Assembly (NCBI GenBank): GCA_937625935.1
Contig: OW569366.1
Span: forward strand, 186,001-250,000
Reading direction: 5' to 3'
Source: Tetramitus jugosus
Lineage: Eukaryota; Protista; Heterolobosea
Length of the DNA: 64,000 bases
The position numbers were made by a program, and so were the translations under genes. Position 1 is the first letter of the stretch; each line of letters starts with the position of its first letter. The notes below the pieces were generated by a model, which saw nothing but the letters and a program-made list of their open reading frames with translations, searched no databases and was not told the origin of the DNA. Positions 1 through 10,872 of this stretch are shown here, piece after piece.

Positions 1-3000
1 TCACTATTGTTCTATGTATCGGTTAATTTGGATGTGGAGGAGTCGATGCAAATGCTCGAGCTTTGCAACTTCTTACTGGTTCCTAGGGATCATTTCGTGT
101 ATGAGAAATGCATATTGGTTCTAGAGCAGAATGTACGTGTTGAGAATGTACTTCAAATTGCCCAAAAACTATCAGACTTGCAAGAAGCGGATAGCTATGA
201 CAACACCAAAGAGATTCACAATGTGAGATTAATCGTCTCCTCAACTCTAAAAAACAAGGTGATTCAAGTCCTATCTGACAATTGGAAGGAGATTAGAAAC
301 TCGTATTCGAGCAATGAACTACTGGAGCACTTGTCCGTAGGCATTGTGTTTGATGTGACTGACAGATTAGCTGATCGTAGCATTGATCGCAACTCTTTCA
401 TCCGCTCGTACTCTTCTCCTCCAACTGACAGCCAAACATCCTGGCCGCAATTCGATGGTGAATGGGAGTGAGAAAGATTCAAGCGAAGTGAATTGAACTG
501 ACGTTGAAAGAAAATTGCTAAGGACATTATTGGATTCTGACGGTTCACTCCATGAAGAAGTGGTTGATATTACTAAGCTGTTGATTGGAGGAGTTATCAA
601 ACCATCTGCAGAGGTTACTTAGTGAGACAGGATACTTGATCATCAATGGTCCAAACGGCACATCCACCTCAAGATGTATTTCTCTTGAAAGCAACTTTTA
701 GTCATTGGTGAGGAATAAACGTGTATTGGCTGTAGATTTATCGATAGATTATTATTCCCTGACGGTGTTCGCCCTAACGCCTTGAATGGGTACTCATGAC
801 TTTGTTAGCGGTGAACAATTGTCGATGTTTACATTGTAGAGAAGGCATTGTCCATGTCCTTTACTTTTTTGACTTGCTTTCCGCCCAGAGATCAAATGAG
901 AGGACAACCTCGCTTGATATACAAGTAGTCTTAATACATCGGCGGTCGGATTACCGTGTATCTTCTGACACACTAGCGAAATAATCGATCCACCCTCATG
1001 TTAAGCATTTATCATGTTTTATAGATACCCTCTCCTTGATCAATAATAAGTATCGAAGTTCCACAACAAGTTTATCAAATTTACGAAGAAACTGAGGATC
1101 AAAGTAATGATCGTTACCATACCGTCCAGTTCTCAGGTCTGACTGTTTACTTCAATGAACTTTTTGAAAATATTGACGGTGTCATCTGATTTTGACCTGT
1201 TGTGGTTCCTCCTTTTCCATATGGAATTTTCTAGCCCGTCGCTACTGAGATGCAGACAGATATTTCCGGAGACGTGGTTGACAAAACAGACAATAGTTTG
1301 ACTCCACAAAGATATACTTGAGCAACCATGAATTCTTGTAGTTGAGATTTCGACTCTTCCTCTTCCAACTCACATATGAGTATGATCAATTGAACCATAT
1401 GTTCCGAGCAATGGATAACAGTTCACACACATAAAGTAAATCCAAAGGAAAAGGGTTGCCTTGAAACACCAAAGCAATTTCGTAATACCTTTTAAATCAC
1501 CTAAGACCATCAACAACCCATGACCGTAATTTACTCCTCTGGTTAATATATATCTTTCCTTGAAGTGGTCTACGACTTTTCAATGAAGAAGACTTTCATT
1601 GGAAGTAGTTTACAATAAAAAATTCTACATCATAATTCAACATAACAAAATCATACATTCTCCAAAGTACAGTTACATGGATAGTATTCAGAAGGGCCAA
1701 AAAAGTGTGGTTGACAACCCTGCAACAACTCAAAGAAAGAAAATAAAACAAGGGGGCAGTCATACAAGCCAAATGATCTCATTACAATGATTGAGTTTGT
1801 ACTGTCTCACCTCATACACAACATCGGCAAGTACATGAAGGATAAGAATCCCAAGTTCCCATCCGCTAGAACATCCGAAGACTATTCTCGAGCCCTCAGA
1901 TCTACGGTGAAGCAACCACTGAATTGATTATCCCGATATCGGACGGTGACAATTTGGAAATCATCATCGGGTTTGTAGTTTCATGGAATCATACCCAGCT
2001 TCTATCTAAGATGATAATGAGTTGAGTGCGGCCTTAAAATATATGGAGGATGATCATCTCGACATTAAGCACCGAGTGTTCACCATCAACGATTTCAGAA
2101 GCAAGTAAAACTCTTCAAGAGAATACGGAGACCATCTAACCAAAAATGTTCGATATACTAATAGTGTACTACACAATGCAAACATCAGGAACTGGATTAG
2201 CGATGGAAATCAAAGGGAGATGGCAGAAACAATCAAATGACCTATCATCGAAGGAGGTCTATGGCGAAAAAGAAAAGGTTGTGTTTATTTCACTACCTTC
2301 TTGTGAAATGCAATTTTGTGGAAGGAGAAGATCATACTTTGAACTGAGAGAAGTTCAGATCTCGTTGAAGAAAATAATGTTGCTCAATGGATGATACATC
2401 TATTATCCAGCAACTGCGATGTTTGATGGTACTAACATTGTTCGTAATTGCATATGTTTTTCGATCTGAGGATACACTCACTCGATTCCTCCTTTCTTTC
2501 CCTTAGTTCAAGAGCATAACAATCAGTAATTCCCTCGTTTGAATTGTCTGCTATCTCGAAGTCAATGATCTTGAAGACTTGAGTGACTCAAGTAAGTCGA
2601 TTTTTCGAACTTTGGCAACTCTCTCATCAAGTTTCAATGAATTGATTTTAATATATCTATCCTTATGACTATTCACTCTGCAATACTCACCATCTGGACA
2701 GCAATCAGACAAATTTTATGTACATTGTTGATTTACTCTCCCTCTTTTTCTGCACTTTCCTGTGGGGGATCCTGCACCCTTTCTTGTTTCATCCTTCTGT
2801 ATGGTCCGAGTATGTTGGATCTGTGTATTACCAGTTGTGACGATTCAGTCATATCTGACTGAGAATTCTTTACACCTTTCTGGGATTCCTTTGTATCATC
2901 TAAGTCTAGATGTTTCATCTAGACTAAGGTCGAATGAATCATTGCCAACTAGGTTACCTTCCCAATCACAGTCAGCAGTGGATCTTTGTTTAGAGCTTCA

Positions 3001-3319
3001 ATACCTCTCATTGGATCCACTTCATCCCATTTGAGAATAATTGGCTCATCATGCAATTTTTCTGGTACTGTTGTCATAAATTCATCTATTATTGAATCAC
3101 CGCACTTCCAAATAGGACTCTTTTTCTTCAAAGTGGTATTACTCGCAAAACCTATAGTTTTTAGAATAGAAACGACCTTTGTTTTATGATATTTCATTTA
3201 CAGCTGAAAGCAAAGTAATTGTTCATCGTCGTAGTGTCTATGTCCTGAAGAAGAGGTAGCGCCCATATTCTTGGACAGCTTCGATAGATGTAGGACTAAC
3301 AATGGCGCCATTCCGAGAC

Positions 3320-3560
3320 CTCACAGAACTTGGGTTCCAATCTTTACCTCATTTGCCTCGAGCATTTTCTGAATGAGAGAGATGATACTCTCTGGGAAAT
3401 TGAAGAAGCGGTATGCAGTAGTGATCGCGTTATGCACACTGTCGAAAGCAGCCCCTCCATCGGTTCTCTGGAATGAGCACTGTTTACATACAACTTCCCC
3501 GTGCTTCGATCAGTGCTCATCGTCACGATGTTATGATCGCCTCCAAGGATAAGCTCTCCC
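3320..3560 (-). pseudogene. Non-LTR retrotransposon ORF2 relic: APE endonuclease fragment joined by deletion to RT domain 3
   Basis: Minus-strand translation gives GELILGGDHNIVTMSTDRS (cf. L1 APE IIVGDFN...DRS). In another frame it gives TDGGAAFDSVHNAITTAYRFFNFPESIISLIQKML (non-LTR RT domain 3, D..AFDSV). Confidence 0.75.
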
Positions 3561-3598
3561 CTATATACTAACTATCTCAGAACTTCATTTATTACCAC

Positions 3599-3947
3599 AT
3601 GAAGACCCAAGGACCCAAGAGACTTGTTGCGTGGGTAACTGTTGTTGATGACAACATTTACCCAATTGTTGAATCTTTTAACCACAAGAAGATGAGTGAC
3701 TGCAAGGAAGCGCTCAAATACAACGTTGATTGTGTCAAGGAGTCGTCCTCCAAAAGGTCATGTTTGGCGCAACAAAGGTCAAGAATGTGCTCAAGAAGCA
3801 CAACCGCTTTTGTTGTGATGGAGACGGAAACGTATGCTGAAGCCTTGCTTCGGAACGTTAAATCCATGCCAGTGGAGATGGAAGCGCTTTATTCAACGCC
3901 CACGTGATCCTGTCAAGGCTGTCAGCAAGAGGCTGACCAAGATGTAG
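3599..3947 (+). pseudogene. Fragment of non-LTR ORF1 (RRM-like region), frameshifted and deleted
   Basis: TAFVVMETETYAEALLRNVKSMPVE is nearly identical to the ORF1 at 11148-11945(-). The nucleotide match continues through gatcctgtcaag.ctgtcagcaagaggctgaccaagatgta. Confidence 0.85.
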
Positions 3948-3974
3948 CCTGAGTCGACATGGTCCAGGACAATG

Positions 3975-4215
3975 AGGTTTGAGCTCATTCATCAGAGCCA
4001 CCAAATTGTCATGGACTCGAGTCCTACACCAGTTGTGCTTACCGAAATATCTCTGCCAAGTCTTCAGATCAATGCTTGACTGCTGCCGAAAGATCCTTCA
4101 AATGCTTGTCAGTGGTGTAGACTCTTCTTACAGGGTCCTCAAAGCAGAGCCCATATCTTATGTTGTGGTGTCGGAACCGACTTCAATGTATTGAGGGAAA
4201 TTCCAGTGTCACAGG
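3975..4215 (-). pseudogene. Fragment of DIRS-like RT (domains 6-7 and thumb), same family as 12444-13501
   Basis: Reads GISLNTLKS...VYTTDKHLKDL...DLKTWQRYFGKHNWCR...LVALMNE, matching VYTTDKHLMDL...ELKTWQRFIGKYNWCR...LVALMNE at 12444-12806. Confidence 0.8.
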
Positions 4216-4351
4216 ACTTCAGAATAAATGTCTTACTTCCACAGCAGGAGGTCTAGTTTCTAATTGGAACAAGGAATTTACCAAGTTGAAGTGGAATAAT
4301 AAAAGCAGTGATAATAAAGAACGAAAGTTCGTTTTCAGCGGAGGCACCAAA

Positions 4352-4424
4352 AGGCTCCTACGAGACTCGAACTCGTGACCTCTGTCTTACTAGGACAGCG
4401 CACTGCCACCTGTGCTAAGGAGCC
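4352..4424 (-). tRNA. tRNA-Thr (anticodon AGT)
   Basis: 73-nt cloverleaf: acceptor GGCTCCT/AGGAGCC, anticodon arm CTGTC-CTAGTAA-GACAG, T-loop GTTCGAG. A T-run follows (Pol III terminator). Confidence 0.92.
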
Positions 4425-4495
4425 TCGCATAAAGGATCATCAAAATGAGCCGTACATAGCCCTTGTCAAAAAAACGCAGAAAAAAACGGAATCAC

Positions 4496-5653
4496 ATGTC
4501 TGGTGATTCAACAAAATTGGTGAAGGAATACGGCAACAGCCGTTATGCAGTGTGGACCACTGCACGGAAAGGCTCTAGGCCAAGTGACAGAGAGGTGGTC
4601 ATTACTGGCAACGGTAATGGTGTCTCTCAGTCATCTTTGGCAAGAAAGATAGGAGAGGAGTTTGGTGACTGGCTCAACCGAGTCCAGGTCATCAAGAGGA
4701 AAGGCCAGCAACGCTTTGTTGAATGGGTGACGGTCAAGGGTGACCGCATCTATGACTTTGTTGAGTTGTTCAACAAAGAGAGGAGGATTGGCAACAGCAC
4801 TGCTGCACCCAAGCGCAGTGTTGATTGCACAAGAAAGGTGGTCGTCCATGGCATGAAGAACATGTCAGTGGACGACATCAAGAAGCTACTGGGACCTGAG
4901 AAGGTTGCCAGTGTGCTCAAGAAGCGTGACACTGCTTTCGTGGTCATGGGTGATGAAACCTATGCACGAGCAGTGCTCAGCGGAGAGCAAAAGGTCAAGG
5001 CCACGGTCACTCGATACGTCGAGAGACCACATGATCCTCTCAAGGCTGTCAACAAGAGATTGACGAAGATGTACGAGGAGCTGCTGACGGTGGTTGACGC
5101 ATTGCGTCGACAGGTCACAGAACTCACCAAGGAATTGGCAAAGACAAAGGGTCAAGAGGGCAACAAACCGGTTCCGATACCGGAACAAGAAGTTGTACAA
5201 AGAACTGCTCCTGGTCTAATGGAGACAGAAGAACAAAGGAGTGCAACACCACTACCAACAGTGCCTGTTGTACAGCTCAGCGCTGAAAATCGGCAAATTC
5301 TGGAGCAAGTGAATGCCACTTCTTCAGTGTTCGCAAGAGTGAAGAAGGAAATTACTGCATTGGCACTTGCTGATGCACGCAAAAGATATGGTTTGACTGA
5401 GGACGAACCAGTCATTGTGGATGTGGATGATGACTCCGAAAAGGAGATTCAGAGTCCACAACTCAATGACAACAAGAAGAGGAGTGCCAGGATCACACTG
5501 GGTGATCTGATGAGCAACGATTGCTCATTTATTGACTTGTTTTGTGGGTCGTCATTCACTCTTCTTCTCTTGTTGTCCCCGACGGTGCATCTACAGGTTG
5601 GAAGAATCACTCTGGTGAGTGTTTTGGTTGATGCCCTTCATCAAAGAGCGTAA
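4496..5653 (+). CDS. Retrotransposon ORF1-like protein (RRM-like domain plus coiled coil); C-terminus after about 5510 comes from a rearrangement
   Basis: KVVVHGMKNMSVDDIKKLLG...TAFVVMGDETYARAVL (RRM-like), heptad region LTKMYEELLTVVDALRRQVTELTKEL. Paralogs at 3599, 6407-7015 and 11148-12220. Confidence 0.75.
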   Translation: MSGDSTKLVKEYGNSRYAVWTTARKGSRPSDREVVITGNGNGVSQSSLARKIGEEFGDWLNRVQVIKRKGQQRFVEWVTVKGDRIYDFVELFNKERRIGNSTAAPKRSVDCTRKVVVHGMKNMSVDDIKKLLGPEKVASVLKKRDTAFVVMGDETYARAVLSGEQKVKATVTRYVERPHDPLKAVNKRLTKMYEELLTVVDALRRQVTELTKELAKTKGQEGNKPVPIPEQEVVQRTAPGLMETEEQRSATPLPTVPVVQLSAENRQILEQVNATSSVFARVKKEITALALADARKRYGLTEDEPVIVDVDDDSEKEIQSPQLNDNKKRSARITLGDLMSNDCSFIDLFCGSSFTLLLLLSPTVHLQVGRITLVSVLVDALHQRA

Positions 5654-5752
5654 CCTTGTAGTAGGACCGTCGATGGACACAGAGCCATCTGTTGTTGTTT
5701 TCTTGTTTTGGGCCTTGTTGTTCACAAAACAAGTCAATAAATGAGCAATCGT
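5517..5752. repeat. Perfect 30-bp inverted repeat flanking 176 bp
   Basis: 5517-5546 ACGATTGCTCATTTATTGACTTGTTTTGTG is the exact reverse complement of 5723-5752. Confidence 0.95.
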
Positions 5753-6406
5753 GTGCTTGCTGCGCTCTCTGTCTTTGTGTACCTCCTCTAAGGTTAGTGT
5801 GCAGACCAAGAGCACGGAAGACCTGTTTAGTGTTTCTTGCTCGTACCACTCGTATACCATCAACGGTCATTGGAGCAATCTTTCTCATATACAGTTCCAA
5901 CTTGTCGAGGTGCATCGTCATCCGTATCCACCCTAACACGGTAGACATTGCTTTGGCGGCTTTGGAGTTCCTGATTGTTATGTTTTTTTTGTTTTTTTTT
6001 TGTTCATACAACCATGTGTGCTTGCGTTGGTTCGTGTTCTCGATGGTCAATGGTAAGCAGGACACAGAAGCACGAAGACTGTTCCTTGACACGCTTGAGG
6101 ATATCAAGCATCATCAAACATTCCAACAAGAGTTGTGTATCAGTCAAGGATCAGACTACAGTGCGTAAAACACTCATACCATAAGTGGTGCCGACAGGAT
6201 GCATTGCCACGTCATTCATTTGACCTCAATCGCGACCAAACAGTGTGATGACTGTAGGCTCGCTAGGAACATTCCATCCACTGTGCTCAAGAAGCTCTAT
6301 ATTGTGGGAATAGTAAGTCATCAACTCGTGGTGGATGGTTCGACAACGTTAGACTCAAGAACGGAAAGACTGAAAAAGAAGAAATGATCATATCCAAGAA
6401 GAATTT

Positions 6407-7015
6407 CTAACAGGTATGATGGGCATCGAAACGAGGGGCGACTATTGTTTGGGTTCTGTCATAACTTTTTGCAGTGAAGTCGGTCAGCATAGTTTGACCT
6501 TTTTCTTTACCCACAACAGTGCGTCTCCCCTTAGTTTGTGCAACCGGGGTACTCAGTACTTGCTCGTCACTCTCTGAGTTCAGAGCCTCGACATCAACCA
6601 TTTCCGATACTGGATCTGGAATCAATTTCTCCTTCTTCTCACGGTCACTCAATTTCTCCTTACTCTCTCATTTTCATCATTTCGGCCTTAAGTGCACGAA
6701 TTTCTTCAACACTTCTCTCATAGTGATCCATGATATTGTTCAGCTAACTCTATAGTTGAGACACGTTTCTCTTCCATCGATTTCGAGCTCGATAGGATCT
6801 TGATTTCGGTGAACGAACTTTCTCGTTGTATTGTTCATCGGAGTTATGTCCAGCAATACCTCAGACTAGGTCCTAGGTGAATACTATCGCTGAATTGCCT
6901 CTCAGTTCGACTCCGAATACATTGTCACGTCCAGCCCATTTTAGAATCTCAACACGGGACTTACCGGCTCCCACTGAGCACCACATCATTTGTGGCCCTC
7001 ATACGGCAGTTCGGA
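6407..7015 (-). pseudogene. Diverged, decayed ORF1 paralog
   Basis: Minus frames give RMRATNDVVLSG / KSRVEILKWAGRDNVFGVELRGNSAIVF / RKFVHRNQDPI / LNNIMDHYERSVEEIRALKAEM, collinear with the ORF1 RRM, the R(Y/F)..RP.DP motif and the coiled coil. Contains stops and frameshifts. Confidence 0.55.
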
Positions 7016-7039
7016 ACAGCTTGCGCAACCATCTCTTCG

Positions 7040-7369
7040 CTTTCGTAGGGAAGGGTACGAGACAGAGTGATTCACTGTCACCCACTACCTACATCCTGGT
7101 ACACCAAGTGGTTTTGTTGTATGTGAAACATCAAGTGAAGGGATTTGGTGCAATGAGTCAGCTCAGAGACTGTGTAATGCAGCATACGTGGATGATTTCA
7201 ATCTGTTCGCTGAGTCCAGAGAGGACATATTCTTTGGGCTGGCTTCGAATGACAATGCATCCAGACAAATTGGAACTCTATGTCAGAAAAGTTGACAATA
7301 AGTCATCGTGCGCTGGGTCTGTACACGAATTCTAAGGGTGCAACAACCCAGAAACAGAGAGAACAAGCT
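7040..7369 (+). pseudogene. Non-LTR RT core fragment (domains 4-7)
   Basis: KGTRQSDSLSPTTYIL (G.rQG..LSP motif), AAYVDDFNLFAES (YVDD at 7185-7196), LGWLRMTMHPDKLELYV and RALGLYTN, across frameshifts. Confidence 0.85.
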
Positions 7370-7385
7370 CTTGAATTTGACCATA

Positions 7386-9120
7386 TTTTTTTTTTTTTTT
7401 TTAAATACAACCATTTCGGTTGCTCTTTTTATTGTCTTGCTTATTCACTTGCCTACGCTCGAAGAGAGTAGGCCCTGGTTAGTTACCAGTTGGTAGGCAA
7501 TGATTCTCGGAGAGCGTCATTGCCGTTGATTACATTTATCCTTCGTTGTAGTGAACAGGTGGTGGAGAGTCTTAAGACATCTCCTCTTGACACTATTCAC
7601 ATATGTTTTGGCTTTCTTCTGTGCCAGTGGCTGCTTCATTCCTCCAGACATAAGACCCTCAGCGACCTCCATGATGGCGTCCGTTTCTATGCCCATCATT
7701 CCTTGCAGCAGTTCACGGCTAGACTTTTTGATTGGTTGCCTCACAACCTTTCCTTCCTTCAGTCGCACCTCATCAAACCAAACATCGGCGTAGGCAGAGT
7801 CCGGAATTCCCATATTCTTGAGCTCATGCCCCACTTTCACAGCCAATTGCCTTCTAATCATAATGGCCCTTGGACACCTGATCAAACAATGTAGCACACT
7901 TTCGGGCTCTCTCTGACACCAGCTGCACATGATCTGTTCCTCACCAGTGTTGTATAGATATCGTACAACTTCTGCTGTGTGGAGTGTTCCACTGCGTACC
8001 TGTGCATGAAACCATTCCAACTTCCTGTCTATACCATGGGGGTATTTGAGGAAGCTAAAATCTGCACCACTGTTATTTGCTGCCCTCTGTAGCCAACATC
8101 GCTCGTCTTCATCAATTCTTGCACTTCTTTCTTGATCAAACAGCGACTGTAGATGCGATCTACTTTCCACATGCAGATTTCCTTTGTACAAGTCCGGTTC
8201 TGCACCTTCGATGGACCTCTTCCCTTCGCATCCACACCCACTCATTTGGGATATTAACACTTTCAGCACCTCAAACGACATTACTCCGACCTTGCAGGAG
8301 GGAAAAATATGTTTAAATTCCTTCAGACACAGTGGGTGATCGTCCACCATTAGTTGCTCACGGCTTGTGATACCTGCCTTGTAGAGCTTCTTGAGAATTG
8401 CACTTGGTACATACCTGGCCAACCAACAACTATCACAGTAGGGATTAGTTTTGGTGACACGTATTTCATGTTTGTGCATTCTGCATGCACACCACTTGAG
8501 GTAGGAGTGCTTGACAAATTCAAGCCTGTTTCTTGACTGGAATACATTCTCATTTTGGAATGTTTGTGTTTGCTTGATTTCCTCAAGCGTGCCAAGAAAC
8601 AGTTGTCTAGCCTCGGTGTCCCTCTTCCCAATTATCATCGAGTACACGAACCACGAAGTACGGGTCGTGATGGTCTCCTCGATGTCCCTCAAGCCCATCA
8701 ACCCCTTTTCGTCTCCTACTGAGAGAAGATCCACTGGAAATCGCGGCATAGCAGTAGATCCATGCCTCACTAGACTTCTGCCCAGCAAATTTACTTTATC
8801 AAACCATTCTGCTGACCAGTCTGTGAACTCAGAGGCATATGTGAATATCGGGTGAATGCAAGTGTTGACAACTCTGCTCACTTGTCTAGATGTCAGTTTC
8901 ATCAACTTCAGCCTGACAACCACCCTTTGAGACTTCTGCCAAGCTTGCTCACGCTGCTTCTTAGTATCACCCTGAAGATTGGTGAACAGACCTAGAGCTC
9001 TGAACACTTCTCTCCGATTTCGCGCTTTTACCAAATTATCATTCACCGCTATGTCATGACAATTGTCGTCTTCCGACTTTCTCACATACAGTTCCAGCTT
9101 GTCAGGATGCATGGTCATCC
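7386..9120 (-). mobile_element. 5'-truncated non-LTR (L1/Tx1-like) retrotransposon with poly(A) tail and 16-bp TSD
   Basis: T17 at 7386-7402; AATAAA on - at 7428-7433; CTTGAATTTGACCATA at both 7370-7385 and 9121-9136; uninterrupted ORF2 C-terminal half. Confidence 0.93.
7517..9120 (-). CDS. C-terminal part of non-LTR ORF2 (RT domains 6-7, thumb, CCHC zf-RVT); the annotated ATG at 9139 and first codons come from the TSD/flank, not the element
   Basis: MTMHPDKLELY, FRALGLFTN, VVNTCIHPIFTY, GLMGL and CSWCQREPESVLHCLIRCP. Confidence 0.85.
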
Positions 9121-10079
9121 CTTGAATTTGACCATACATTCTGCCTAAGCGAAACTGGCGGTCTTTGCTAATATCGGCACTCTTGTCCGAGCGGTCAAGG
9201 AGCCTGACTAGAAATCAGGTACGGGAAACCGTGCGTAGGTTCAAATCCTACAGAGTGCGACCTTTTGAGAGTATTGAGTTGAAAGGCTTTATTCATGTAG
9301 ACTACGAGACGTCCGTTCCTCAAGTCCCCCGATTGATTTCTCTGAATTTTTCCTTCACTGATTCTACTGTTGTGGCAATGATACCTGCGGCACTTGGTTC
9401 ACAAATGGAGAATATTGATCGAACAGGTACCATAGCATTAAAAAATACCCTTCCTTAATCAATAGTTGGAGATAGGTGGTCCACGCTCACTCAAAGAATC
9501 TTCCCACCAGGTCAGCTATGCACTGACGAGCCGACTCGTCGTTGTATTGGTGTTGATGGTGATCAAAAAAATCAGTAAAGTTCTTTCTTGTCAGATAGAA
9601 CTTCATTGTTTTGTTGTATTCGGTTATGCTGCACCAACCGTCGGTGTTGAAATGAGTGAAGAAATCAACGGTAACAACCAACATGAACAGAAAATCATCA
9701 GCCAGTCGATATGGGTGCTACACAGAGCTGCAACCCGATGGAAGGTACTACCGACCAAGACAATGAAGCAGTGGTGCTCGTACACGTAGTTCAAGTCCAG
9801 TAAGTCCCATTCCTTCTGCAAGAGTAGAACCTGAGCAGCAAGAGAGAACTGCAATTGAAACTCTAGCGGAACCAAGAAGATCATTCTTATGTGATTTGAA
9901 TGAAGAATCTCGCAGAAGGCCATCAACAACCCAGTGGACTTCGGATGAATCATACCATCGTAGTCTTTGAATACTTTGAAGGGCCTCTTATGTTTTGGCA
10001 GTTTGTGACGACAAGACTTCCCAAACAACACTACCGAGCTCTTTTTGAACTAAAGCCTTTCCTTCCTTCGACAACAAGG

Positions 10080-10280
10080 CACGAATGGCAATTCTCTGAT
10101 GTCAAGAAGGTTCTCGGTCTGTTTCAGTGGATATGGAAATTAGATCGGATGAAACTACTGGGATATGGTCCCCAAAACAAAGTTCGGGAGCATTTGACAA
10201 ATTGGTCGAGTTTGAGTGCAAACCTATCGTATTGCCAAACCGAAGAAGAGCCATCTCATCTCGTAGCAGTAGATATCCTC
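10080..10280 (+). pseudogene. Possible LTR (Ty3/gypsy-like) RT thumb/connection relic
   Basis: DVKKVLGLFQW, then in a shifted frame WSPKQSSGAFDKLVEFECKPIVLP, resembling 'flGl..y...W...q..AF..Lk..l...pvL'. Confidence 0.4.
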
Positions 10281-10872
10281 AATTGAAATCCTACTCATCT
10301 TCTTCGAGATTTTGCACAGAGTTGTGTGGAAAGAAGTGGAGTACAGAAGTATTTACAAAGATACTAACAAGCGATGCAATTCAAATGTTTTGTATCGTTT
10401 AGATGGCGACAGATTGGTGGGAATGTGCTCTACTGTCTACCAAGTGACTAGGGTTGGGTGTTGTGACGTGATAGCTATCACCTGATGGTTGGAAGGTGCG
10501 ATCACCATGAACCAGAAATGTCTCATACTCGTATTGTTCAAACTCTTCGTCGAGGGACATGCCCTCAACACTGCTCTTTAACAGATCAGCTTTTTTATGT
10601 GCAGGTTAGCTTAGATCGACTGGAAAAAGCTGTTTCTTTCTTGACGTGTTTTTGAAGAGGCAAAGAATTCACGGTTTTATTATAGATGGTGGGAATGTTC
10701 GTGCTTTGATTGAAAGGTATGGACAAGTACCCAAACTTGTTTGAAGCCATATCCAATTTTTCCGCTGATGTTGTTGATGTTGTGGAAATTGGTTCCTTGG
10801 ATGATATTTGTCTCGAAGTAAGGAACGGTCTGCGTCCCAATTTGTCGTGCTTCATTCCGTGCAATGAATTAA

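Larger units (their letters stand above)
4475..6345 (+). mobile_element. Rearranged non-LTR retrotransposon copy 1 (ORF1, inverted RT piece, post-RT piece), head-to-head with tRNA-Thr
   Basis: ORF1 starts at ATG 4496. 5753-5975(-) encodes LGWIRMTMHLDKLELY...FRALGLHTNL. 6010-6345(+) encodes WFVFSMVNGKQDTEARRLFLDTLE and CDDCRLARNIPSTVLKKLY. Both pieces are homologous to ORF 7517-9139. Confidence 0.8.

Noticed and set aside
7-471. 154-aa ORF as a host gene or gag
   Set aside because: No recognisable motif; it lies at the window edge in decayed DNA.
500-600. LLRTLLDSDGSL resembling a LAGLIDADG motif
   Set aside because: Single short match in a stop-flanked frame, with no second motif.
2903-2925. 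10-bp-stem hairpin AGTCTAGATG-TTT-CATCTAGACT
   Set aside because: Isolated and plausible by chance.
9165-9458. RPFESI...IHVDY as an integrase start
   Set aside because: No DDE residues follow.
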